Part shown: in pieces, positions 1-8,413 of the stretch | Layout: the number at the start of each line of letters is the position of its first letter | Numbering within the stretch: the stretch's first letter is position 1 | NCBI GenBank assembly: GCA_910583935.1 | Contig: CAJTZM010000009.1 | Span: 27,967 to 91,966 of the forward strand | Source: an uncultured Oscillospiraceae bacterium | GTDB taxonomy: Bacteria; Bacillota; Clostridia; Oscillospirales; Ruminococcaceae | DNA: 64,000 nucleotides | Direction of reading: 5' to 3' | The notes under the pieces: generated by a model | The model's database searches: none | Told to the model about the DNA's origin: nothing | The model's input: only the letters and a program-made list of their open reading frames with translations | Translations under genes and position numbers: made by a program

Positions 1-839
1 GTCCCGTCCAAAATCCCGTCTACAAAGCCGCCGATGGTGGTCATAGGCGTTTTTAATTCGTGGGAGACGTTGGCCACAAAGCTGCGGTTCATGGCCTCGT
101 TGCGGGCCAGCGCCTGGGCCATATCGTTAAACTCCTGGGCCAGCTGACCGATCTCGTCGCTGCTGCCCACCTGCACCCGGACCGTATAATCCCCCCTGGA
201 AAAGCTCTGGGTGGCCGCCAGCATATCCCGCAGGGGCTTGACCATCCGGGCCGTGACAAAATAGATGACGATAAAAGCGATGACCACCATGGTCAGAGAG
301 CTTAATAAAAACATGTTTAAAAGCTGGCCCAAAAATACGCTTAAGCTTTTGGAGGAGGCGCTGACAAAAACAAAGCCGGTAATCTGCCCGTTGGGAAGAC
401 CGATCGGGCGCGCCACAGTGTAATTGCGCTTTTTATACGAGCCGCCCAGCCGTCCGGTTTCCTGAAAGCTGCCGGATGCCGCCTGCTTGAGCACCGCCTC
501 CGGTATATTTGCCGGCGCGGAGACAAAAATTTCCTCATTGGTGCAGATTAGAACCTTCCCCTCGGTGTCGGAGAGAAAAATTGTCGCCTCAATGGCGTCG
601 GCCAACACCGTATAAACCGATTGGAGGGTGGTTTCATCAATATACAGGTAGTTGTTTTTCTGGTAATCGGTCAAGGTCAGGGCGGTTGCCTGGCTGACGT
701 AGCGGTCCAGCACCTTCAGCTTATCGCCTCGAAAATACTGGGAGGCAAAGCCCATCAACAAAGCGCCCAAAACGGTGATACTGGCTAAAATCATCCCAAC
801 ACAGATGGTAAAATATTTGGTGAAAAGGTTTTTCTGCAT
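1..839 (-). CDS. sensor histidine kinase, N-terminal part (C-terminus lies beyond window start)
   Basis: Absent from the ORF track because it is open at the window edge. Minus-strand ATG at 839 follows GGAGGATGGGGAG. Translation MQKNLFTKYFTICVGMILASITVLGALLMGF... shows two hydrophobic segments, a HAMP-like linker (SSDEIGQLAQEFNDMAQAL) and the H-box FVANVSHELKTPMTTI. It directly follows the response regulator gene. Confidence 0.85.
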   Translation of the reverse strand, partial: MQKNLFTKYFTICVGMILASITVLGALLMGFASQYFRGDKLKVLDRYVSQATALTLTDYQKNNYLYIDETTLQSVYTVLADAIEATIFLSDTEGKVLICTNEEIFVSAPANIPEAVLKQAASGSFQETGRLGGSYKKRNYTVARPIGLPNGQITGFVFVSASSKSLSVFLGQLLNMFLLSSLTMVVIAFIVIYFVTARMVKPLRDMLAATQSFSRGDYTVRVQVGSSDEIGQLAQEFNDMAQALARNEAMNRSFVANVSHELKTPMTTIGGFVDGILDG

Positions 840-941
840 ACGATCTCCCCATCCTCCTCAAAGAGAAAACCGCGGCGGACTGCCCAACAAGGCCCAGGCA
901 GACCGCCGCGAAGAAAATTTCGTCATGTTTTGAGGGGCAGA

Positions 942-1634
942 CTATTCTTTTACCTCGAACTTATAGCCTACGCCCCATACGGTTTTTAACACCCATTTGT
1001 CAGAAACGCCCTCCAGCTTTTCCCGCAGGCGCTTAACATGTACATCCACCGTTCTGGAATCGCCGTAATACTCGAATCCCCAGACCTCGTCCAACAGCTG
1101 GTCGCGGGTATACACCCGGTTGGGATTGCTGGCCAGATGATACAAAAGCTCCAGTTCCTTAGGCGGCGTATCTACCACCCTGCCATCCACCTTCAATTCA
1201 TATTTGGTCATATTGACCACCAGCTTGTCGTAGCTGACCTCTTTCACGTCGTTTTCCGAAGCGCTTTTGCCGGTGCGGCGCATCACCGCCTTAATCCGGG
1301 CAACGATTTCCTTGGTCTCAAAGGGCTTGACCACATAATCGTCGGCTCCCAGCTCCAGCCCAAGCACCTTGTCAAAGGTTTCGCCCTTGGCGGTGATCAT
1401 GATAATCGGACATTCGGATTTTTTGCGGATTTCCCGGCAGACCTGCCAGCCGTCCAGCCGGGGCATCATCACGTCCAGCAGGATGATATCGGGATTTTCC
1501 GCCGAAAAACGGGCCAGCGCCTCCTCCCCATCTCCTGCCAGAACCACCTGAAACCCTTCCTTCACCAGGTAGAGCCGTAACAATTCGCAGATATTTTTGT
1601 CGTCGTCCGCAACCAGGACCTTTCCCATCGCCAT
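942..1634 (-). CDS. OmpR-family two-component response regulator
   Basis: 230 aa. Receiver domain (KVLVADDD..., ILLDVMMP, ITAKG) plus winged-helix output domain (RTVDVHVKRLREKL, TVWGVGYKF). Forms an operon with the downstream kinase. Confidence 0.9.
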   Translation of the reverse strand: MAMGKVLVADDDKNICELLRLYLVKEGFQVVLAGDGEEALARFSAENPDIILLDVMMPRLDGWQVCREIRKKSECPIIMITAKGETFDKVLGLELGADDYVVKPFETKEIVARIKAVMRRTGKSASENDVKEVSYDKLVVNMTKYELKVDGRVVDTPPKELELLYHLASNPNRVYTRDQLLDEVWGFEYYGDSRTVDVHVKRLREKLEGVSDKWVLKTVWGVGYKFEVKE

Positions 1635-1895
1635 TTTTTTACCTCCTTGCCAGTACCGGACGGGCTGCCGCCGCCTTCTATCATAACCATTATACCCGAA
1701 AAAAAGCGCGAAAGGTTACAAATTTATAAACCTTTTGGGGATATTCTGAAACGCACTTGCCGATCCCGTTTTTTCTATGTATAATTATAGTCTGTGAGTG
1801 GCTGTTTGTACAGCGGCCGCCAGGAAAAAGGGCGTGTTTTTCCCGGCAGGGGCCGGGGCGCAGGCCCAGCTTTTCGGAAAGGACGAGGCTTTCAT

Positions 1896-2993
1896 ATGAA
1901 ATTAGGAATCGTGGGGCTGCCCAATGTAGGCAAGAGCACCCTTTTTAACGCTATCACCAACGCCGGCGCCGAGTCGGCCAACTATCCGTTTTGCACCATT
2001 GAGCCCAACGTGGGGGTGGTATCGGTGCCGGACCAGCGGCTGGACGTGCTGGCCAAAATGTACGATCCGGACAAATACACCCCCGCCGTCATTGAGTTTG
2101 TGGACATTGCCGGGTTGGTCAAGGGTGCCTCCAAGGGAGAGGGGCTGGGAAATAAATTCCTCTCCCACATCCGGGAGGTTGACGCCATTATCCATGTGGT
2201 GCGCTGCTTTGAGAGCACTGAAATCATCCATGTGGACGGGCAGATCGGTCCCGCTCGGGATATTGAAACCATCAATCTGGAGCTGATCTTTTCCGATCTG
2301 GATATTCTGGACCGACGGATTGACAAATCACAGAAGGCGGCCAAGGCGGACAAAAAATATTTGGCCGAGGTCGAGCTTTTACAGCGGCTGAAGGTCCATC
2401 TGGAGGAGGGCAAGCCGGCCCGCTCCTTTCCGGCGGCAAGCGATGAGGAAACGGAAATCCTCTCCACCATCTCTCTTTTGTCCGCCAAGCCGGTGATCTA
2501 CGCAGCCAATTTAAGCGAGGAGGATTTTATGGGCTCCCTGGACGAAAATCCTTTTTACCAGGAGGTCTGCCAAATTGCCGAGGCGGAAGGGTCGCTGGTG
2601 CTGCCCATCTGCGCCAAAATCGAAGAGGAGATCGCCGATATGTCCCGTGAGGACAAGCAGCTGTTTTTAGACGAGCTGGGGCTTAAGTCTTCCGGCCTGG
2701 ACCGGCTGATTCAAAAGGGCTATGAGCTTTTAGGGCTCATCTCCTATCTGACCGCCGGCAAGCAGGAGGTACGGGCCTGGACTATCAAAAAAGGGACCAA
2801 GGCGCCGCAGGCGGCGGGCAAAATCCACTCGGATTTTGAAAAGGGCTTTATTCGGGCGGAGGTGGTGGCCTTCAGCGACCTGGAGACCTGCGGCTCTATG
2901 GCCGCCGCCAAGGAAAAGGGGCTGATCCGCTCCGAGGGCAAGGAATACGTGTTCCAGGACGGGGACGTAGTGCTGTTCCGGTTTAATGTCTGA
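1896..2993 (+). CDS. ychF: ribosome-binding ATPase YchF (Obg-like GTPase family)
   Basis: MKLGIVGLPNVGKSTLFNAIT (P-loop), and the C-terminal part EGKEYVFQDGDVVLFRFNV is typical of YchF. ATG at 1896 follows GGAAAGGACGAGG. The 34 upstream codons of the track ORF look like an artefactual extension. Confidence 0.95.
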   Translation: MKLGIVGLPNVGKSTLFNAITNAGAESANYPFCTIEPNVGVVSVPDQRLDVLAKMYDPDKYTPAVIEFVDIAGLVKGASKGEGLGNKFLSHIREVDAIIHVVRCFESTEIIHVDGQIGPARDIETINLELIFSDLDILDRRIDKSQKAAKADKKYLAEVELLQRLKVHLEEGKPARSFPAASDEETEILSTISLLSAKPVIYAANLSEEDFMGSLDENPFYQEVCQIAEAEGSLVLPICAKIEEEIADMSREDKQLFLDELGLKSSGLDRLIQKGYELLGLISYLTAGKQEVRAWTIKKGTKAPQAAGKIHSDFEKGFIRAEVVAFSDLETCGSMAAAKEKGLIRSEGKEYVFQDGDVVLFRFNV

Positions 2994-3028
2994 TACAATT
3001 TCCTGTCGGGAAAATGCTGTAAACGCTG

Positions 3029-3064
3029 GGAGTTACCGCTTGCGGGCGGTAGCTCCTTTTGCTG
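3029..3064 (+). terminator. intrinsic terminator of ychF
   Basis: GGAGTTACCGC-ttgcg-GCGGTAGCTCC (11-bp stem) followed by TTTTGCTGTTT. Confidence 0.65.
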
Positions 3065-3089
3065 TTTAACCCCTACCCTATATTTTTGC

Positions 3090-3740
3090 TCAATAGTTTA
3101 CTGCGTTATCCAGTTTTTGGATTTCATCCTGTTTCAAATCGTCCAATATGTGCGTATAGGCATCGGCTGTTTCCTTTATGGTCGCATGACCTAAGAATTT
3201 CTGCATAAGACGTACATCTACATTGTTTTCTGCCCCTCTGGTGGTGAAAGTATGACGCAGACAATAAGGGTGAAAGTTGCTGACACCGATTTTCGCACAG
3301 ATAGAATCACAGGTGCGCCGCATATTCGTAGGGTCAAGCGGTCTGCCTAACTGGGTGGCAAAAACAAGGTCGTTATCCTCGTATGCGGTACTGGATTTTT
3401 CCTTGTTTTTCTCCTGTTGCTCCCAGACATCAGCAAGGACTTTATTAGCTGTTTTGTTGAGTAGGATTATCCTGTCACTGGACGGCGTTTTTGGTGCGCC
3501 AAATTCTAAGTGCCAATGTTCGTCTGCGTTGTCAGGGTCTTTCATCTTGCGGAGGATTCTCCTGATGTGCAGCTGGTTCTGCTCAAAGTCTATGTCCTGC
3601 CATTTCAGACCCAATAATTCCCCAAGCCGCATACCTGTGCAGAGGTCGAAAATATAGACAACTCCCATATAGGTCACTTTCGCTTGTTCCACAAATGCGT
3701 TTTGTTGTTCCTGTGTTAAAACATTGATTTGCGGCTTTTG
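3090..3740 (-). pseudogene. tyrosine recombinase/phage integrase, C-terminal catalytic fragment only
   Basis: The 200-aa ORF has catalytic-domain motifs (TGMRLGELLGLKWQDID, HPYCLRHTFTT, LGHATIKETADAYTH). The usual ~150-aa N-terminal SAM-like/arm-binding part is missing. Integrase-like sequence (INVLTQEQQNAFVEQAK) fades into unrelated sequence, with an in-frame stop at 3795-3797. Confidence 0.75.
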
Positions 3741-3967
3741 GCATTTACAGAAAAGGTTGGAGCAGATGAAATACCAGTGAATCGTTCTGTGTTTCTACGC
3801 ATACAAAGGCTACAGCTATAAATCTAAGTTTCATTCTCTTATCTCCTGTGTTGTTTCGCAATTTCCCTGTTATGCTGAATGGGTCTGATACATGCTCTCC
3901 ATGTATTATCCCTCATTTTTTTGTCAATAAATGCCTTTTAGGACAAGTCAGAACATAGCGTCCATAT

Positions 3968-4777
3968 CTAACGGTTCTGTATCAATCTGTCCACCCAATC
4001 ACATAATTTCCGTTCTTGTTTCGGGGTAGAAGCACTTACAACAAATTCCTGTCCTCTGCAAGCAGAATTTAATTCCGCATAACCGTCCTTTAGCATAGGG
4101 CGGTTATCTCCTTGCCATGAAATAGATATGCCACCCTCACCAAAAAACGCAGGCAACGCCCATAGCCGCCGATTGTCTTGTCCTCTCTTTGTAAGCAACA
4201 GAGAATCGTCATACTGGAATGTGCCATATGTATCAGGCAGATACAAACGATTATTGGGGCGGTCTTGATTTACGCCATGTGGGTGCCAGAAATAGCGCTC
4301 AATTTCCTGTTTCCCCCTCAATATTTCTCCCACTTTCATATAGCCGTAGATGATATGGACAATAGGAGCGTTACGGTCAAAACACAGTGTTTTATCAGGC
4401 TGAACCATTGTTTTTTGAAACATTCCGTAGAATAAAAATATATCGCCCACGCCTACGCCCAATTTATCCAGATGTACGGCAGATACGCTGTGTTGCCCGA
4501 ATGCCGGTTTCCATTCATCTGTTGCCGTCCTGCCCTCTATATCCTCATATATGTCGGGGTCAAGATGACAGGTGGGATTTTTGCCAAAATCAAATTTAGG
4601 ACGTAGCTGACAGATGATTCTCTCGAAACTCTGCCCTTTGTAATACAAATCCTTATATGCCGTTCCTATCGTTGTATCTGGAATAGGGAGTGATAACAGT
4701 GTACCGTCTGGCAAAACAGGGCTTGCCATACCTCCCGATGCACTGTCCATGCCTTTTCTGCTCAATATCACTTTCAT
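3968..4777 (-). CDS. hypothetical protein (resembles my recollection of Nmad3-type putative nucleotide-modification proteins; unverified)
   Basis: 269 aa starting at ATG 4777 after TAGGAGGCATGG. N-terminus MKVILSRKGMDSASGGMASPVLPDGTLLSLPIPD. No TM segments and no standard catalytic motif that I can name. Divergent from the XRE gene. Confidence 0.6.
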   Translation of the reverse strand: MKVILSRKGMDSASGGMASPVLPDGTLLSLPIPDTTIGTAYKDLYYKGQSFERIICQLRPKFDFGKNPTCHLDPDIYEDIEGRTATDEWKPAFGQHSVSAVHLDKLGVGVGDIFLFYGMFQKTMVQPDKTLCFDRNAPIVHIIYGYMKVGEILRGKQEIERYFWHPHGVNQDRPNNRLYLPDTYGTFQYDDSLLLTKRGQDNRRLWALPAFFGEGGISISWQGDNRPMLKDGYAELNSACRGQEFVVSASTPKQERKLCDWVDRLIQNR

Positions 4778-4922
4778 AATACCATGCCTCCTACACAGCA
4801 CTATCTTAGCACATAGCACAGCAAAAAGAAATTAACAGCATAAATAACGCAACGTGCAGATTATCTAACACATAAACAAATAGTATCATTTACATATACT
4901 ATTTGCATTGGAGGGAAACCGT

Positions 4923-5255
4923 ATGGAGCAACAGGCATTAGGAAAGCGTATTCGTGAGGAACGGCTAAAGCTGAATCTGACACAGGAAAGACTGGCAGAA
5001 GATGTAAACCTTTCAACCGCCTATATCGGGCAGATTGAGCGTGGGGAACGCAGCTTAACATTAGAAAATCTGGCAGCAGTTGCTAACTGTCTGGGCGTTA
5101 CCATAGATTATCTGCTGTCTGATTCCGTCGTTTCGGATAATGACGGGCAGTATCGGCTATGGTGTCAACTGATGAACGGCAGGACAGAGGAACAAAAAGC
5201 CCTGGCAACCAATATGGTAAAACTCATGTTTGGCTATCTGGACGAAAATTCCTGA
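4923..5255 (+). CDS. XRE-family helix-turn-helix transcriptional regulator
   Basis: MEQQALGKRIREERLKLNLTQERLAEDVNLSTAYIGQIERGERSLTLENL is a classic Cro/CI-type HTH. ATG at 4923 follows GGAGGG. The TTG start at 4908 given in the track is probably the RBS itself. Confidence 0.85.
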   Translation: MEQQALGKRIREERLKLNLTQERLAEDVNLSTAYIGQIERGERSLTLENLAAVANCLGVTIDYLLSDSVVSDNDGQYRLWCQLMNGRTEEQKALATNMVKLMFGYLDENS

Positions 5256-5268
5256 ATGATACAGTGAT

Positions 5269-5306
5269 GGGGAAGATACCCTTTAACAGAGAATCTTCCC
5301 CATTTT
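5269..5306 (+). terminator. intrinsic terminator after the XRE gene
   Basis: GGGGAAGAT-15 nt-ATCTTCCCC followed by ATTTT. Confidence 0.65.
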
Positions 5307-5620
5307 AAATGACCAGAAATCACCGCTAACGAATTTTAACCGTTGGACTGAGTAAACTTCCATCTACCGCCTAATGAGCCTTAAAGCGCAATTTTAGGGC
5401 TGTTTCAATTGGTGAAAAGCGACCTATTCGCTTACAAGCCTTATAGAAGTCTTATTTCCGTCCCAAAAAGGCTGATAGAAAAGCCGTATGATTAAAATGC
5501 TGTTCCTCAATCGCTTACAAGACAGATTTCTTACAGCGGTTCACATATCGTATTATTCCATATTCCGCTTACAAATCGCCTAAAATCTTTATCCCTGTGA
5601 TTGATACCATTATAAGCATT

Positions 5621-6063
5621 TCAGCATAAGCAGTAAGCCGTATGCTGTATGGTTCCCCTCAATTCTTTACCGTTGCAGTCTGGAACGGTCAGCACCATAT
5701 GATACAGAGAAACCTTATATTGCTCCATATAGGGCAGGAAACGGTGTTGCAGTAACATTTTCCTCACCTGACTGCAATTACTGCAAATTTATCCTTACAT
5801 AAAAAGGTTCGCAGTAACACTCTTATATGACTGGCTTCATAGGTTTCCATAGACCAGAATCGGTTACAGTTTTCCAGACGTTTCTTCCGTTTCCTTATTA
5901 TATGGACTTCATCAGGCGACAGGCGTTTCTTTACAATGCCGTTTGCAAGCAGTTTCAGATAGTTCAGTACCATTTCTTCATTCCGTTTTGCGTTTCCATG
6001 CACCTTTCCCATATGGCGTTTAGTTACTTCCTTTACGATAGGCGTATGTTCCATGCTTTCCAT
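5621..6063 (-). pseudogene. rolling-circle replication initiator (Rep_1/pUB110-like), frameshifted and truncated
   Basis: The 99-aa ORF ends ...RLENCNRFWSMETYEASHIRVLLRTFLCKDKFAVIAVR*. Shifting by one base continues as CSNCSQVRKMLLQHRFLPYMEQYKVSLYHMVLTVPDCNGKELRG. Together these match the pattern C..L......L.R..FCK.R.CP.C.WR ... LFLTLTV.N..G.EL of RCR Rep proteins. I could not find the HxH and catalytic Tyr motifs downstream. Confidence 0.5.
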
Positions 6064-6342
6064 GTTTACAATCCCTCCATATCCTTTTTGTTTTAGTACG
6101 CTTAACTCTAATTAGAGAATAGATAATTATATAGGGATTCGCCGCCTGTAATTTACAAGGTTTTTTAAACAGGCTTTGAGCCCCTGCCATCCCCTAACCC
6201 CTTGACGCAAGCTGGATTTTATGGTATATATTAAACTGATAAATTAGAAGAAATTCAACATAATGTGAAAGAACGGAACTGTATAGATATGATAAAATTT
6301 CGGTTTATAGCGTTCCGATATAACGTATAAGAGGGTTAGGAG

Positions 6343-6738
6343 ATGGACGGATTAGAAGACAAGGATTATGCGTTAATCGAAAGGGCCCAAAAGGCAATAC
6401 AGGAAAATTACGATCAAGCGCATTATAACCATACGGTAGGGGCCGCCGTGCGCTGCAAAAACGGAAAAATATATGTCGGTGTAAACGTCTATTCCCTGCA
6501 CGGTGCCTGTGCGGAACAGGTGGCGATAGGAACAGCCATTACAAATGGAGAAAGAGACTTTGACACCATCGTCGCAGTCCGGGGAAAAGAGGGCGAGGAA
6601 ATTATCCCGCCTTGCGGAAACTGCCGTCAGATACTGCACGATTATATGCCTGCGTGCAAAGTGATCCTTTCGGTTGACAAAGAGTTAAAAAAGATAGAGG
6701 CGAAAGAGCTTCTGCCCTTTTCCTATTCTGTTGAATAA
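6343..6738 (+). CDS. cytidine-deaminase-fold protein, blasticidin-S deaminase (Bsr)-like
   Basis: 131 aa. HTVGAAVRCKNGKIYVGVNV, zinc ligands CAEQVAIG and PCGNCRQIL, and the block DFDTIVAVR, which I recall as identical in Bacillus cereus Bsr. A TTGACG-17-TATATA promoter lies at 6202-6230. Confidence 0.8.
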   Translation: MDGLEDKDYALIERAQKAIQENYDQAHYNHTVGAAVRCKNGKIYVGVNVYSLHGACAEQVAIGTAITNGERDFDTIVAVRGKEGEEIIPPCGNCRQILHDYMPACKVILSVDKELKKIEAKELLPFSYSVE

Positions 6739-6767
6739 AGTCGAGTTTTGTTTATACTGGGATGTAT

Positions 6768-6802
6768 AAAAAAGAGACGGCGCATACGCCGTCTCTTTTT
6801 TA
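6768..6802. terminator. bidirectional intrinsic terminator
   Basis: AAAAA-AGAGACGGCG-cata-CGCCGTCTCT-TTTTTT, between the convergent deaminase and GNAT genes. Confidence 0.7.
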
Positions 6803-7366
6803 TTTTTTATCCGCCTGGTATTCGCTGGCCAAAAGGCCCCAGACCGCCACGTCCACGATGCCGCGGTTATTGTAATCCGCCTGCCGCAGCGTCCCCTCAT
6901 ATTGTAAGCCGCATTTTTCCATTACCCGCCCGGAAGCGGGATTTTCCGGATCGTGCCGGGCGCAGATGCGCCTGGCCCCTACCTGCTCAAAAAAGAATGG
7001 TATGATTCCCCGAAACGCCTCGGTCATGATTCCTTTTCCCCACCAGTCCACGCCGATGCAGTAGCCGATTTCCACCTCTTTGGTTTTCTCGTGAATCTCT
7101 ACGGCACTGATGGAGCCCACCGGCTCGTCCCGGCCGTCCTTGGGCACAATGGCCCATTGGTAAAAATCCGGCTTCTGGTAGGAATCAACCCATTTGGCCA
7201 GGCCCTTTCTCGTATCCTCTAAGGCCGTATAATGGGACCAGGTCAGAAATTTTGTCACCCGCTGGTCGCTCTCCCAATTTCGAAAGACCGCCGGCGCGTC
7301 CTCCGGGACAAATTTTCGCAGGATAAGCCGCTCGGTTTCGATTTGCACCGTTCCCTGATGGCGCAT
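6800..7366 (-). CDS. GNAT-family N-acetyltransferase (RimJ/RimL-like)
   Basis: IETERLILRKFVPEDAPAVFRNWESDQRVTKFLTW and the later motif IGYCIGVDWWGKGIMTEA. ATG at 7366 follows AAAGGAGGTGG. Confidence 0.85.
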   Translation of the reverse strand: MRHQGTVQIETERLILRKFVPEDAPAVFRNWESDQRVTKFLTWSHYTALEDTRKGLAKWVDSYQKPDFYQWAIVPKDGRDEPVGSISAVEIHEKTKEVEIGYCIGVDWWGKGIMTEAFRGIIPFFFEQVGARRICARHDPENPASGRVMEKCGLQYEGTLRQADYNNRGIVDVAVWGLLASEYQADKK

Positions 7367-7454
7367 AAGCCACCTCCTTTGTTTCATCCGCTCATTTTTG
7401 TGTTTTTCTGTAGGCTTTTCCTATTATAGCAGAAATCCCCTTTCTATACAATGC

Positions 7455-7481
7455 AAAAAAGAGCCTTTCGGCTCTTTTTTG
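7455..7481. terminator. bidirectional intrinsic terminator
   Basis: AAAAAAGAGCC-tttc-GGCTCTTTTTT. Confidence 0.6.
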
Positions 7482-7832
7482 CAGGGATACTGTTCGAGGA
7501 GGATTCCTTGCCAAAACGTTAAAATAAGTATAAAAGCATCGAAATCATCCATTTTTTCAGTCCATCCATTTTCCTTCCTCCTTTGTGGTCTTGCGTTTTT
7601 TTCTCTCTACAAAGTAAAACGCGCCGAACAGAGATTTTGCTACAGAAAACAGAAAAATTTTTATCTGCTTTCATTTCTTTTTATTATAGCCGGCTTCCCT
7701 GTCGAAAAAGGCTGTTTTTTCTTCCCCCTCTTTCTTTTTTCTTTCAGTGCAGAAATAAAAAAGGCGGGGAGTCCGTCTGCCGGTTCCCCGCCTTATATCC
7801 TATTCATCGCCGCTTTTTACGAAGCGTCCTTC

Positions 7833-8399
7833 TCAAACACGGCGGATCCCGGACAGCATGTCCTTGCGGACCTGCCGGGAAACGCTGGCCATTGTGGTCA
7901 AATCCGAAAGGCCGTTGAAGAAAAGACCGGTTCCCAAAACTCGCACGGCCACCTCCCAGGTGGAAAACGGGTCGAACAGCAGGACCACCCCAAGGCCAAC
8001 GGCCAGCAGCGCGCAGAACAGCACCGCCCCCCAGCCCCGATACTGCATCCGCTTCAGCTGCAGGGAATTTTGCAGCTTAATCGCGCCGTTGACCGAAAAA
8101 ATCCCGCCCATGAGGATAGGGATCAGCCGGGGCGTCTGCCGGGTCCCGAACGCCGTCAGGACCGCCGACAGCCCAAACAGCAGGCCAACCGCCAAATCCA
8201 CTCTGACCGGCAGGCCCTGCCTGCGGCTGCTGACATAGCTGACAAAGCGGCTGGCAAAGCCCAACAGCAAAAGTACCGCCAACAGGTAACGAACCCGCTG
8301 GCCACCGAGCGCCGGCTGGAAAAGGAAGAGCATCCCCAAGCCCGCCGAACCGGCGGAAAATACCGCTCCATTCCATCGAAAAGCCTTGATAAAATCCAC
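7833..8399 (-). CDS. HdeD/DUF308-family membrane protein
   Basis: 188 aa with six predicted TM helices and repeated G-rich helices (LGMLFLFQP, ILMGGIFSVNGAIKL, VLGTGLFFNGLSDL) typical of DUF308. GTG start follows GGAGAG. The overlapping 371-aa plus-strand ORF is low complexity. Confidence 0.75.
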   Translation of the reverse strand: MDFIKAFRWNGAVFSAGSAGLGMLFLFQPALGGQRVRYLLAVLLLLGFASRFVSYVSSRRQGLPVRVDLAVGLLFGLSAVLTAFGTRQTPRLIPILMGGIFSVNGAIKLQNSLQLKRMQYRGWGAVLFCALLAVGLGVVLLFDPFSTWEVAVRVLGTGLFFNGLSDLTTMASVSRQVRKDMLSGIRRV

Positions 8400-8413
8400 G
8401 ATTTTATTCTCTC

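Larger units (their letters stand above)
3065..6200. mobile_element. decayed integrative/mobilizable element (remnant)
   Basis: Visibly AT-richer than its flanks. Contains a 5'-truncated tyrosine recombinase, a frameshifted rolling-circle Rep, an XRE regulator and one unknown gene. It starts right after the ychF terminator. The boundaries are approximate. Confidence 0.55.

Noticed and set aside
1794-1895. Upstream extensions offered by the track for ychF, luxS (40832-41047), the PPTase (40290-40424), aspA (18513-18623) and ftsK (63818-63997)
   Set aside because: In each case an internal start with a good Shine-Dalgarno sequence coincides with the conserved N-terminus of the family. The extension has atypical composition.
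5428-5577. Three direct copies of (T)CGCTTACAA at 5428-5440, 5511-5520 and 5565-5577, considered as iterons of the dead Rep element
   Set aside because: The shared sequence is only 9-10 bp, and the spacing is irregular (83 and 54 bp). The copies lie within the decayed downstream part of the Rep pseudogene, so they may be remnants of coding repeats. That is not enough to call an origin.
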